From Octopus vulgaris (lineage: Eukaryota), in NCBI GenBank assembly GCA_951406725.2, contig OX597818.1, positions 11,284,001 to 11,348,000 on the forward strand: a DNA stretch of 64,000 nucleotides. The letters run 5' to 3'. Positions within the stretch are counted from its first letter, which is position 1; every line of letters starts with the position of its first letter. The position numbers were made by a program, and so were the translations under genes. Shown piece by piece: positions 40,648 through 54,157 of this stretch. The notes under the pieces were generated by a model that made no database searches, was not told the DNA's origin, and was given only the letters and a program-made list of their open reading frames with translations.

Positions 40648-42869
40648 AAGATGTAAGCCTTTCTTTTTGTAAGAAAGTAGGATTTATGTTGAAGGAAATT
40701 CAACTGCTATTTCTAGCGGGTCAAACTGCTCAGCTATGTTGTGTTTGGTGTTCATGCAAGTAGTTATGGATGTAATGATATTTTGTAGTAAAATATTTCT
40801 CAGTCTATCAACTGTTGTTCTTTTGAAACTTTAACCAGTACCTTCAATGTGAGCTACTGTCTCTTGTGTTCTCCCCTGATTGATTTCTGACTACAAAATG
40901 CAATCACTTTACATCAAGAAGAGGATCTTCTGTGGCCACAGGCTACTTGAAATTAGTCATATATTCTCTGTTTGGATCTCTTACCAAATCTGAAGATGAA
41001 ATTGAACAAGTATTCCCAGCTAATTATTATTTTAAGCCCATAAATCCTACTATATACAATCTCTTAAATCTATTTGCCCAAGGCTTTATACCTAATAACA
41101 ACAACAAAAATATAACACACACTCTACTTCGAAAGATTACGTTATATGGTTGTATATTTTGTTTGATTTTTTTGTTGTTGTTGGTTGGAGTTTTTTTTTT
41201 TAATATATGTTTTATTTTTTTCTTCTCCAAATACCTCTGTATTTTGGTGTTGTTTCCGTATGTTTAGAAAATTTCTGCTTGCAATCATATAAATGGCTAA
41301 AATCAATACCACTAGAGAACAAGTGAGCCCTACACAGTAGAAATAATAACAATCTCCACCACCACAACCATCACTGGCATCTCTTCTCTCCAGACTTTTT
41401 AGTAAGACATATGATACAACTGCATTAAATGTATGAATTAACCCAAGGCTAAATATAAAATAACCAAAGTAGCCTTTATTGTTAATTTAATTGGTGTATT
41501 GATTTCTAAGTTTTGCATGGCAGAGGCCACACATTTGCATATGGAGGGAAGATGTACTCAGTTTAATCAACCTCAGTACATAACTGGTATATATTTTATC
41601 AACTTAGGAATTGTAAAAAGAAAAGTCACCTATTGTATGTAAAGGAAGATTACTAAATATTAGAATGCATTTAGTTTGTGCGTGTTCTATCAAGTTTGCC
41701 ACCTCCTATGGTTAATATTTCTATTGAAATGCACTGCTTATTTCTTGCAGTTGATTTTGAAAATATTCAAGAATTTAAACAGATTTTTCATTATTAAACC
41801 ATTGTTTGGAATATACCTTAAATGGTCAATGCCAGTGCCGGCTGACTTGTCCCGTGCCGGTGGCATGTAAAAAACACAATTCAAGTGTGGTCAATGCTAA
41901 TACCACCTGACTGGCCTACATGCTGGTGGTATGTAAAAAGCACATGCTACACTCACAGAGTGGTTGGCATTAGGAAGGGCATCCAGCTGTAGAAACTTTG
42001 CCAGATCAGATTGGAGTCTGGTGCAACCTTCTGGCTTACTAGCCCTCAGTCAAACCGTTCAACTCATGCCAGCATGGAAAGCGGATGTTAAATGATGATG
42101 ATGATTCTTACATAAAATTATGATGAAAGATTTTGTAATTTAAATATGCATTCTTTAAAACAAAAGGATCTGAATTGGAGAATTGGAGGTAGCCTCAGAT
42201 GGCTTAGTATTAAAAGTGTTATGATAGTAGAGTATAGAATGGGAAGAGCCCAATCAGATGCTTCAGGGTATCTATTCTATCAATTCTACCAGTTCACTGT
42301 TATTTTATATATATCAACCTAAAGGATGAAAGACAAAGTTACTCTTGGTGAGATATAATTTCAGTGCACAGAAAGCCAGAATTCATACTTTATCATCATA
42401 TTTTATGCACTAAACTCTATGCCAATTCACTACTTTCATAGGACAGAAAAATGTTGTCTTTAAAAGCATTGTGTTACTGAGTTCAAATCTCACCAAGGTC
42501 CACTTTACCATATAACCTTCCAGGGTTGATAAAATATGTACCTGAAATGGGCTACTGTTGATACAATCACCCCTACTCCACACACAATGCATGAAATTGG
42601 TGTCTATTTAAGAAATAATTGTGCTCATCTCTTAGAAAAACACCACTCTCTAGATAGTTTTCTGTTTGTTTATGATATGTATCTTGTCTTTTTTTAATGT
42701 ATAGAATATTGCCTAGTGTGCCCTTTCTTAATTTTTAAAGAAAGATAGAAAATTATAAAATAATGGCATATGAAAGAGCAGCCAAAAAAAAAATGTTAGC
42801 AAAATAACTTTTAAACATTTACAAGACATATATTAGCAACAGAAGCAGTATTAATACCATGAGATAGTA

Positions 42870-43726
42870 CAGGGTGTCCCAAAAGTCACTGATGGGTTTC
42901 AATTTTAAATAACTTCCTTAACTTTACAACTAAATGCATGAAATTTTGATACAATACAAAGGACATAATGAAAAGTAATATGCACAAGTCAAATTTTGCA
43001 ACACTACTACATCACATATGAAAAATGACATCGCTTAAATGGTAGCCATTTTAGGCTTCACACGCCTGTACTCTTTCCAAAACTTGCACCATAACACCCT
43101 CAAGAGTTTCAGACCCCACTTCTCTGATTTCTCTGTTGCTCCAGGGTCTCCAGATTGTTGACATAAACCCTCTCTTTCAGGTATCCCCACAAGAAAAAAA
43201 ATCAGGGCTAGTCAAGTCTGGGGAACATGAAGGCGATTCAAAGTAGACCTCACACATGATTCCAGCAAGATGAGCTAACTGCTCATACTACAAGAGAAAC
43301 AATGCAGTTGCTACAACAGTGCTTTGGAGAGAGAATTATCTCCAGCTACAGGAATGTCAACTGGCCTTTACGTTCCCCAGACTTGATTAGCCTGGATTTT
43401 TGGATGCCTGAAAGAAAGTGTTTACGTCAACAAACTCCACATTCTGGTGCAACTGAAGGAGAACATCAATAGAGAAATCAGAGAAATGGGCTCTGAAACT
43501 CTTGAGGGTGTTATGGTATAGGTTTCAGAAAGAGCACGGGTGTGCGAAGCAGAAAATGGCTGCCATTTAAGCCATGTCATTTTTCATATTTGATGTAGTG
43601 GTGTTGCAAAATTTGACTTGTGTATATTAATTTCCATTATGTCCTTTTATATTGTATCAAAATTTCATTCAAAGCTTAGGAAGTTATTAAAAATTGAAAC
43701 CCATCAGTGACTTTTGGGACATCCTG
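42870..43726. mobile_element. Non-autonomous Tc1/mariner-superfamily element with ~360-bp inverted arms
   Basis: TA|cagggtgtcccaaaagtcactgatgggtttcaatttt ... aaaattgaaacccatcagtgacttttgggacatcctg|TA. Both arms carry the transposase C-terminus (SPDL..DFFLWGYLKERVYVN). Confidence 0.9.
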
Positions 43727-43728
43727 TA

Positions 43729-43884
43729 TTTATCTCCACTTAAATGTGGATGTTCTGTTAGAACAAACTTATACTGCAGTAGTTGCCATGAGAGAAACTG
43801 AAAGCCAATATGAGAGTTTCTCTTATGGTAAATACTGCAGTATAGTTTGTTCTAACAGGACATCTACATTTAAGTGGGGATAAA
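43729..43884. repeat. Inverted repeat (~70-bp arms) abutting the Tc1/mariner element
   Basis: tttatctccacttaaatgtggatgttctgttagaacaaac.. / ..gtttgttctaacaggacatctacatttaagtggggataaa. Confidence 0.9.
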
Positions 43885-44259
43885 CATTTACAAGATTGAT
43901 GATGATGATCAAAATAAATGCTAGTAGAATTGTTGAAGTATCAGGTAGAAAGTCTGAAAGTGTTTAGCCACAGCTCTTAACTTAATAAGTTCAAATTCTG
44001 CTAAGGTCAATTTTGCCTTTTATTCTTTCTGTGGTTGATAAAATAAATTACTGGGTCAGTTTAGTCAACTACTCCCCAAAATTTTTGGTCTTGTGCCCAT
44101 GTTAGATACAATTGTCATTATGATTGCTTCCAGGTTTTGCTTCCACACCTGGAATTCCTTTTCTAATTCTACTGCAGCATATTGTAGTTCCCTGAGGCAA
44201 CTATTCTTAAGTTCCTTTGTTATGGCCTGGAGGACAATAATGAACTTATTTAAATTTTA

Positions 44260-44289
44260 CAAGTAGGAGTTCATCAAGGTTCGATCCTT
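44260..44289 (+). mobile_element. Tiny LINE RT remnant
   Basis: QVGVHQGSIL, the RTE-type GVHQGS motif. Confidence 0.45.
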
Positions 44290-44355
44290 CCTATACATTA
44301 GAGGGCTGAGAACCAAGCCTTGATAAATTCCTCCTTATGAAATTTAGTAAACATT

Positions 44356-44570
44356 GGTTTCAAATTTTGGCACAAGGCCAGTAATTTCAAGGGAGGTAAT
44401 AAGTCAATTAAATCAACCCCAATGCTCAACTAGTATTTATTTTCTCAACCCCAAAAGAATGAAAGGCAAAGTCAACCCCGGCAGCATTTGAACCCAGAAT
44501 GTGAAGTTGGACAAAATGCTGCTAAGCATTTTGCCCAGCGTATTAATGATTTTACCAGCTCACCACCTTA
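44356..44570 (-). mobile_element. SINE family 2 variant with 14-bp TSD
   Basis: TSD atttagtaaacatt / atttagtaaatatt. Related copies at ~4328-4545, ~7129-7340 and ~19776-19950 (all +). Confidence 0.8.
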
Positions 44571-44779
44571 GATTTAGTAAATATTAGAAAATATTTTTTT
44601 TACATGGGGGTTCCCTTAGACATGGATTGTATTTCAAGAGTTCTCCCAAACAGGAACGGTTGGCAGTGGTAGTGTAGTGTGTGTCTTGTGTGATTTATGT
44701 TCTGTAATTGGATAATGAGTGTAATGAGAATTTGTATTCTATATCTTGTGTTATATTATTAGGGAGTGACTGTATAGAG

Positions 44780-45037
44780 TAATGGCTCTCAACGATGGTT
44801 CATATGACCATTGGGGACCACATAATTTTTTTTTGTTAAAGCTTATGTGCAATAAATTGATTATACTTTTACAACACATGAAATATTTTAACAACATTTT
44901 TATACAGTTCCTAATATTTAATCATATAAATATAATAGGAGTTTTTAAACACCAAATGGCAGTGGAGGGAAGAGGTCCAGTAAAGTAAAATAGGAATCAA
45001 AGAGGTTCATAGGTAAAAAAATGGTTAAGAAACACTG
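44780..45037. mobile_element. hAT MITE, same family, opposite orientation
   Basis: taatggctctcaac ... gttaagaaacactg. 8-bp TSD gtatagag / gtgtagag. Confidence 0.75.
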
Positions 45038-46739
45038 GTGTAGAGTATATCTATGTGTCTTGTGTTATATTGATGGGTGGCAGTTTTGTAGAATGTATTG
45101 TGTAGATTATACAAGAAAGTGAACTGTCAGTTACACTAGTAAATTAAGTGTCTTGGGTACATAGCTGAGTTAATAAATTGACTATATGTAGATTTTGGGC
45201 CTGATATAGTTTTGAGTTCTTGTTCTATATTATTTTTTTATGGTTATTATTTTTTTCATATGATTTTGTTCTGTATTATAAAATACTGAATTTATCAACT
45301 TTCAGAATATCATGAAAATACGTTAAGACTATGTCATGATCCAATATACCAAAAGAGTAAGTACAACTTTACTTTACCATTCTAACTCCCTTACTACTAC
45401 TACTATTATTGAAAAACAAAGAAACTGTAGACAAAGCTAATGAACAACAAGCCAGTTGGTCAGCAAGTCATGATTTACTATCAGCATTATTTATTGTGAT
45501 CTTAGACAAGATGCTTAACTTTGAGTTGTCTAGATCAATATTTTTGTCGTTGTTCAATACCATGTCAACTTTGAAAAGTGGTACTCCAGTGATGTTAACT
45601 CATGATGTTTTTTTGTTTTTAAAAAAAAAAACAGTAGTATGATTAATGGAGGATTTAGCTACTACATCTAACAAGTCAGTTGATCATATAAAGGCTTATG
45701 TTGTTGGTTGACCCCCGAGTCACAATGATCAAACAGATCTATAATCAAATGCATCTCAGTCATGACCTTTCCAACTCATTTTTCAGACTTATATCTAGGA
45801 CTACTCTTTTAATACATAAAGCATGATGGACCATGATCATGGCCGTTGAGCACTATCACTCAAAAGCTCCAATACCCACCAGAATGCAAGAGGGTTAATA
45901 ATTCAACTAATGACTTTTCGGATGATGTAAAACTTGCTACCGTTATATACTAAGAAGATATTTTAACTATTTTTTGTTTTTTGTGTGTGCATGGTAGTCT
46001 CATTTTCATAAAATGTGCTCAGCACTCCATGCTATGTAAGTGGAAATCCCAGTGCTTTATGGGTTAAAGATGGTAAAGTATAACTTTACGGAAGATTTAG
46101 ATGCTATTTATGCAGTGGGCTCCATTGGTGACACAATTTACATTAAATGAATTAGTTGTGGTGGTACAAATTTAACAGGTTTAGAAGAGCAGCATTTATA
46201 GTAGGAACTTCATTTTAATGATTCAGATTTTCAAAATATGAGAGGGATTGAATGGAAGCTTTATCGTTTTACTGGTTTCAGTCACTGGATAATGATCATA
46301 GTGGAGCATCACCTTCAAATGCCTCACCAATCATATCAAAACAATAGGTTAGTGTACATAAAGTTCCCCAACATAAACATTGGGGAGGGAGTCACCTGTA
46401 CAAACACAGACATACACACACGGGGATGTGCACGGTTTCTGTTTGATAAATTCCACTCACAGGGTATTGATCAACTGTAATCTACAATTGAAGACATTTG
46501 TCCAAAGTTCTCTGTAAACTTCTTAACCATATAGATGTCTGTCTCTGTACTTATAAATTCCTGTAATAAATACAATGTTTGTGAGTCAAACTTAAGTAAG
46601 GCACTCTAATTAGATTTAATAAAATACCTGAGGAATGACCTGAAATAATTTTAGGCATTTCTTGTTTCAAGACTAATTGTATTTATATGCTTAATCTTAT
46701 ACACTATACCTGCTTAATCTCATACACTATACCTTTCAG

Positions 46740-46939
46740 CTTTGGGTGGTGTTCAGCCTGACCTTACTAACATCATGGATCAAAACGAAATGAAAGATCA
46801 AAATCTGTATAACAGAATCAGTATGAATGTTCCTCAAATGAAGACTTTCTACCAAAAACCAAACCCAGTATCTGCTGTTGCACCCTACGCAACCACCACC
46901 TTGATCAATACTTCTAACCTTCTGGCTAAACCTCTGCAG
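46740..46939 (+). CDS. robo: Internal exon of a Roundabout (Robo) receptor, cytoplasmic CC0-CC1 region
   Basis: Acceptor ctttcag| and donor CAG|gtaatc. 200 nt, phase 1 in and phase 0 out. Encodes (A)LGGVQPDLTNIMDQNEMKDQNLYNRISMNVPQMKTFYQKPNPVSAVAPYATTTLINTSNLLAKPLQ. MKTF...PYATTxLI matches, from recall, vertebrate ROBO1 EMKTF...TPYATTQLIQSNL (CC1 motif). Confidence 0.88.
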
Positions 46940-48655
46940 GTAATCATATTCATTTCCATTCTTTCTTAGTTGTTTTACTTATTCCCCTTTACAGCAATAT
47001 GTGTGCATACATGTGTGTGTGTGTGTGTGTGTACATATATATATATATATATATACACAAACACATTTATCAAAGTTATATTTGTTATATATAAGTTTGA
47101 TAAGCTCTATGTACAAAACTTTTGGAATTTCAGTAATTTACTTGGCACTGCAGTTAATAAAGAAATATATATGTAAGCATATATTTGTAGATTTAAAGAA
47201 AAAACAGGCATGAAAATATCTATTTTCCAATGTTTTGCTGAATAGCTGTGAAACAAATACATTATATTCTAAACATGCGAACTAGTTGAAGCATTTTTCA
47301 GTGAAATTATCTTCAACATAATTTGCATGTGTCTTGAAGAGACTGTGTGGCTGACATTAAGGTTCTTAAGTTAGTGAATATTGTATGCATAAAAGCTCTT
47401 TTGCAAAAAGCCAGCTATGTAGTTCTTTAAGAGGAATTATGATCTGAGCAAAGCCTCCCTCGCACACAGAAGTTAAAATATAAAGACTGCCTTATATCCG
47501 ATGTAAAAAATAAAAAGTGATATTGATGTTGATGCTGGAGAAAAATGCAAATGATAAAAAACATCATGGAGAAATAAATGTATTGAACATTGAAACAAGA
47601 CGCAAGGAAGGAAAACCCATTAATACTACTTTTAAATGTTAAAACTTGTAACCAAGTCTGTATATTTCTAGTTGTAAAACTGCTGACTTGTAGGTCATAT
47701 ATACAGCACCATTTTTTTTTTTCAGATAGCATCTACACAAAAACAGAAAAGAAGCCAGACATGTATGCACACACGTTCACACAAACACACGCACACATAC
47801 AACTGGCTTTTGCAGTTTCCATCTATCAGTTTCACTCATGAGGTATTGGTCAGCCCAAGACAATAGTTGAAGATGCTTGCATGAGACATCACACAGCGAG
47901 AGAAAAACTTAAAACAGCACAGCAATATCTTCACCTGCGTGTGTGTGTGTGTTTACAAATGTGTAGATGAAGTGTTATCAAAAGCTTAAGTAATTCATTT
48001 GGCTATCATAAAGTACCAGGTCTGATTTCACTGCATGGCAGCATCTTGGGCAGGCATCTAATACCAGTGCCTAAGATTAATAGTTATTGGGTAGATGGAA
48101 ACTGAATGAAATTTCAGTAGATTGATGGCACCTGTAAGTTTAATGTCCAACATCACTCTGCTACACACTGCTCCTACCTGAGAATTACATCAAGTGTCCA
48201 TGTACCTGTAATACTTACATGTTATTTCAATAAGCTGGCTTTAGTTGGTAGCTGAGTTGGTAGAATGCCTGAATGTTCATCATTGGAGCTGATGGAGATC
48301 CAACATTATGTGTGTGCATCCATACATACACATGTATATGTATATATGTACAAGCATGTGCATGTGTGTATATGCATATATATATATATATATCTTTAGA
48401 TAGATAGATTATATATTATATGTAAACATATAATATATATGTACATGCAGCCACACATGCATACATACAGATATTTGCTTTCATATATGCATGTGTGTAT
48501 GAATATATGTATGTTTTAGTCTTTTATTCACGATAATCCTCATTCATATCTTGATATTACATTCTTATGATTACTTTTTAGAAATGGCCGAAAGTAATAA
48601 TGGCAAACATGAATTTTCACACTATGTCTCTCTCTCTCTCTCTCTCTCTCTCCCT

Positions 48656-48691
<36 letters not shown>

Positions 48692-50862
48692 GTGTATATA
48701 TATAAATAAATATATCCTCTTGTTCCGCCTACACGCACACACACACACACATTTACTCATACATACTTGCTCCAAAAAATTCTAGATTTACTGAAAGAAT
48801 TTTTTTTCTTGATTGATACATGGTACATTCTTAGTTTATTGTGGAAAAATTTCTCCGCATGAACATATAAACTATCTTTATTCACCTACACTGTACGGCT
48901 ATATTTTTCTTGTGTACTGTCTGAAACATTCTTATTCAGAATCATGTTCAAAGACAGTCTCGATATCTAAAGTAGATATGTTTTGTCAGGAGTATATGTA
49001 TATACATATGCCTGTATATACATGTGATAAGTTGATATGTGTGTGTATACAGGAACAGTTATATGTATGTGTATCCATGCACCATGTCTTTGAATGTTTA
49101 ATACATGTGTGTGCATTTGTATACAAACATATCATCGCACATATGCAAATTTGTGTATTGATACATTTATATGTACATGTATGCATGTATGTATACATAC
49201 ATACATACATATATATTTATACATACATGCACACACATATATATATTGTTGATATTTGTTTTTAGGTTTAGCTGCAGTAAAAACGATTTTACTTTGATCT
49301 AAGGGGTTTCTCTATACACTTGTACAGTACCAAATTAATTATTCTTAAACAAGAATATTGTTGACAGTGACTTCGAAGCTTCAGTCAGTTAAATAATCAT
49401 CTGATAGATAGATAGATAGACAGACACATTCTTGCATACATAGACACATATATACAAACACACACACACACATTTGTGCATATCTACATTGATATCAATC
49501 AGGTGGTCACAATAATCCAGATTAAGAAAGCTCTCAGTGTTACAAAAAAAGAGTAATGACACTTGGTGTTTATTGCCTTTTTCCATCATGGCCAGACATA
49601 ATGACTCAAGGCTCTTCTGTGTGTCATAACATCTGGTCATATTGCAAACAAACATCTATTATCTGTAAGTGTGGGTAGCTCTCTGTCTCTCTCTCTCTCT
49701 CCCTATCTATCTATCTACATATATATATATACACACATATAAACACACACTCACACACTTATGTGTGTGTCTGTGAGTATGTCGATTGCTATATACATAT
49801 ATGTGTAGATATATATGTATCAATTTATGTGTGTGTGTACATGTGTATATTTATATATATGTAGGTGGGTTATGGCTGAATGGATAAGAACTTTGCTTTG
49901 TGGCCATAAGGTTCGAGGTTCAGTCTTACTGTGTAGTGTCTTGAACAAATGTCATTTCCTTTAGCCTCAAAAAACATAAGTACTCAGAAACTAACTAGAA
50001 ACCCATCTGATGAATTCTGGCTGTAATTCAAAGGTTGAAACCTTGTCACAGACTTGTCATACTGATTCTACCTGAGAGTACATTAAGGATACATGTCTGC
50101 ACAATACTCAGTCATTTACATTCTAACTCAAAGAATGGGAAATTGATTGAGCAACTAAATACTAATTGAAGTCAATGGATGCACATACTCATACACACAT
50201 ATGTGTTTGTATACATGTATATTTGCATTTATATGCATTGAAGTGTGTACATATATATCATCATTATCATCATCGTTTAACATCCATCTTCCATGCATGC
50301 ATAGGTAGGACTGTTGACAGGAGCCAGCCAGGCAGAAAAACTACCCTAGACTACTGTGTCTATTTTGGCAGAGATTTTACAGCTGGATGTCCTTCATATT
50401 TATATATATATATATGCATATATATTTGTATTCATGTGTGTGTGTGTATTTATGTATATATACATGTGTGTGTATATGTAGTCATATGCAAGATAAAACT
50501 TCTTCAACTGTTACTCTAAGTTCAATTTTTCCATTTTGAAAAGGAGAAAAGTGTTGTATTAATATATAGTCAAAAGTTTTCGCCAGCTTAGCAGATTATA
50601 ATTGGTCAGTAATACATCAACATTTTAATGGTTATTGAAAAATAAACCCTAAAATTTATCATACATGTATGTATAGATAAACTATGCAAAAGACATGTGC
50701 AATTTTTATCAGTTCTGATATGAAAACTTGATATTTTCATCTCTTTAATACCATATGCAAAAGAACATAAGATTTGGTGTTGTAGCTCTTGTTAATAAAG
50801 TTCTACTGTTGAATGACTGAATATGGGTACATCTAATGTACCCATATTCCGTCTGCTAATGG

Positions 50863-51098
50863 TTCTTATTTCTTTATTGCCCACAAGGGGCTAAACATAG
50901 AGGGGACAAACAAGGACAGACAAAGGGATTAATTCGATTATATCGACTCCAGTGCGTAACTGGTACTTAATTTATCAACCCCGAAAGGATGAAAGGCAAA
51001 GTCGACCTCAGCGGAACTTGAACTCAGAACGTAGCAGCATACGAAATCCCGCTAAGCATTTCGCCCAGTATGCTAACAGTCCTGCCAGCTCACTGCCT
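50863..51098 (-). mobile_element. SINE family 2, full length
   Basis: Closely similar to the 59328 copy, with many CpGs retained. Confidence 0.9.
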
Positions 51099-52812
51099 TA
51101 ACTAATGACACGATATATACGGCTATCTAGATGTATGTCATTTACTCATAATATTCAAATTTACCTTGTTCCCCAAAACATCTGCAATCTCCACTTTTTT
51201 TATTTATGAAATCTTCAGAATAAGAAGGAAAAGTGTATCACCTATTATATTTTAAATCTTTTTGTTGCTTTTGTTAGTTTTTTATAATAATATTGACTTA
51301 GATGTTTGTCATATAAAGTCTTCTTTAATGTTTTTTATGAATTTTATGCTGTGGTAGAATTGCTGCAGTTTGTATGCATGTGCATATGTGTGTTTATGTC
51401 AATTCAATTTGAGATTATGCTTCTAAAGTGCAATTTAGTACAAACTGATTTTTGCTTTTTATAAGCTCTGTCAGTATGTTTCTCTCAATGAGATGATGAT
51501 GATAATGACAATTTTGTATTTTACTGTTACTACTACTACTACTACTACTAGCAAGAGTTGTAAAAATTCAGATTATAAAATTAATTTGAAAATATTTTTT
51601 CCTTATCCAGATGCCATAAAAATTAGTACAATATCATAAATTAAGTACCAGGCAAGTACTTGGATCTATATATATATAGGACAGTCCCCTGCCCTCAACA
51701 TTATGGACATTGTGCCTAAACTTGAGACTGTTTTTATTTGTGGGATTTCTATGGGATTTTTATGGGATCACATCAAAGATTAGGAGGACTAGAATTTGTA
51801 GCACCATTGTGGCTATTTATATGTTGACATGTTCTGATACTAGCGTTTCCTTTGATATGCATAGTGATTGTTTCTTTTTGGTGTTGTTGAAGGAGACTAG
51901 CTTGTCATGCCTGCATGGTAGAATATTTTATTGAGGTCTCTCTTGTTTGTGGAGACAGAACAGGCTTGTCACAAGGTGTCTAAGTTGTGTGTGAAGGACA
52001 CCTGTGCAGAAGATTAAAGAGGAATTAAGGATTCTAGCTGCAATTTTACAATCATCATTTTAGGTTGTCCTTATTTTGTTTTTGTTTTAATGATAATTTT
52101 AGTTTTGAAATTATAACATTTAGGATCTGTTCATTAAATTTAACAATCAATGAAGAAATATCTAAAACAAAACTAATAGCATATGATTTTTATTTCTTCA
52201 GTGGAGTCCTTATTTTAATATCATAGTTTATTTATTGAAATTTCTAATTTGATTTTTGACAGCTCTAGAATATGGAAGTCTTCATCGTTGTTATTACAAG
52301 AAGTAGTAATAGCAACAGTGGTAGTACTGATGTTGTTTCATTGTTGATAGCTTTAGAATCTAAATGAGTTAATCATTATTACCTTACTGTTGTTATGGCT
52401 TTGCTTAAATTTATTATTATTATTATTATTATTATTGCTGCTACTACTATAGCAGCAACTGTTGCTATTATTATTCACCATCATCATTGTATTGTTGACA
52501 ACTTTTCAATAGGGAAAGAGTTAACCATTAATATTATCATTATTGTTGTTATTTAATCATTTTCCCCCGTTATCACCAAAGGAAATTTATTGTTATGTAT
52601 TCATTCACAAACAACAACAGCAATAAAAAAAAATTGCTTCTATTATGTCTTTTATTTATTTTTGCTTTGTGTCCCCCCACCCCACTTCCCCTATTTTTCC
52701 TTTTTCAAAACTGAAATGCTTTTTATTTGAATTTAATTTCTTTTTACCACTCAAATATATCCCATTAGCTTTCTTATACATATTTTATTGATTTCTGTTT
52801 GGTTTTATCTAG

Positions 52813-52836
52813 CGTTCAGCAAAACATCATCATAAA
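52813..52836 (+). CDS. Candidate 24-nt microexon (RSAKHHHK), phase 0-0
   Basis: ttttatctag|CGTTCAGCAAAACATCATCATAAA|gtaatg. Frame-compatible with the phase-0 end of exon 46939. Upstream ~190 nt is pyrimidine-rich with only one other AG and several TGC motifs. Confidence 0.35.
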
Positions 52837-53333
52837 GTAATGATTTAACATATTGCTCTTGAAACCCATAATGAACAAATAACCCCAAACACACACACAC
52901 ACACACACTAATTTTATATTCATTTTTCCACACTAATATGACTGGGATATTTTAATTTTTTCTGTTTTGGAGTAATTCACCCCCACCCCCACTTTTTTTT
53001 AAAACTGGCTGCCTTTCCTGTTAATAATCTGTTAACAATGTGGTTGATATGAAATCTGTTTGCTAGCCTTGCAAACTGAGCCACTAGAATGGTTTATGTG
53101 TCTTGCACAAGACAGCAGTCCAATTTGATGTAGTGCTATGAATAGACTGAATGGTAACATAGAGGTTCAGTTAAAATGTTGTTCAAATTTGACCTCTACC
53201 AAACCTTTCTACTTCAATTTTTTACAAAGTGTAGGGATCTCCCTTAAGTTTTGCAGAAAGACATTAAAGAACTGTGGCACTTTGAACCTCTAATGTCAGT
53301 TTGGTGGTGGGTGCTTCCATGTGATTAGCTTAA

Positions 53334-54157
53334 CCCTTTTGTTACCATATTTCTGAGGAAATCCACTGTCTTTGTTTCAATTAATACTGAAAATAATGCA
53401 AAATTTTGAAAATAATTTTCTCCTTATAAAACTGGTGTTTAGAACATAAATTAATATGGAATATTGTTGGAAGGTTTCAACTAAGATCACTTTAAAACAA
53501 GAACTTTGCACCATAGAACTAAGGACGGTTGCAAACAGGTTGGTATCAAAAGGATTCAACAGGTCTTATCTGGCCAAAATATTCTCTCTGTTTTATTTTC
53601 AAAGTGACAGGATCTGGCCTCTCACACCTACTCTGCAATGTCATTTTAAAAATAAACAATCATAGGTGCAGGAGTGGCTGTGTGGTAAGTAGCTTGCTTA
53701 CGAACCATACGGTTACGGGTTCAGTCCCACTGTGTGACACCATGGGCAAGTGTCTTCTACTATAGCCTTGGGCTGACCAAAGCCTTGTGAGTGGATTTGG
53801 AACTGAAAGAAGCCCATCATATATATGTATATATCTATATATGTATATGTTTGTGTGTCTGTTTGTCCTCCCAACATCGCTTGACAACCAATGCTGGTGT
53901 GTTTACATCCCTGTAACTTAGCAGTTTGGCAAAACAGACCAATAGAATTAGTACTAGGCTTTCAAAGAATAAGTCCTGGAGTTGATTTGCTTGACTAAAG
54001 GCAGTGCTCCAGCATGACCGCAGTCAAATGACTGAAACAAGTAAAAGAGTAAAAGAGATCATCAAAATCTTAAAGCTATGCAATTTTGTATGATTAATTC
54101 AAAACAATGTGAATAAGTAAGCTTTTCATTTAACAGAATATTTTGAATGCTAAAGGG
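53334..54157. mobile_element. Nested piggyBac-like MITEs interrupted by a SINE
   Basis: TTAA|cccttttgttacca ... tggtatcaaaagg (to ~53554), then a copy of the 38948 family ending gaatgctaaaggg|TTAA. A SINE is inserted at 53665-54057. Confidence 0.65.
53665..54057 (+). mobile_element. SINE family 1, full length
   Basis: Colinear with the 20035-20450 copy. Confidence 0.9.

Noticed and set aside
46940-46969. ORF extension VIIFISILS beyond the Robo exon
   Set aside because: Read-through into the intron past the CAG|gtaatc donor.
50819-50849. Perfect 14-bp-arm hairpin
   Set aside because: Too short to assign a function; such hairpins are common here.
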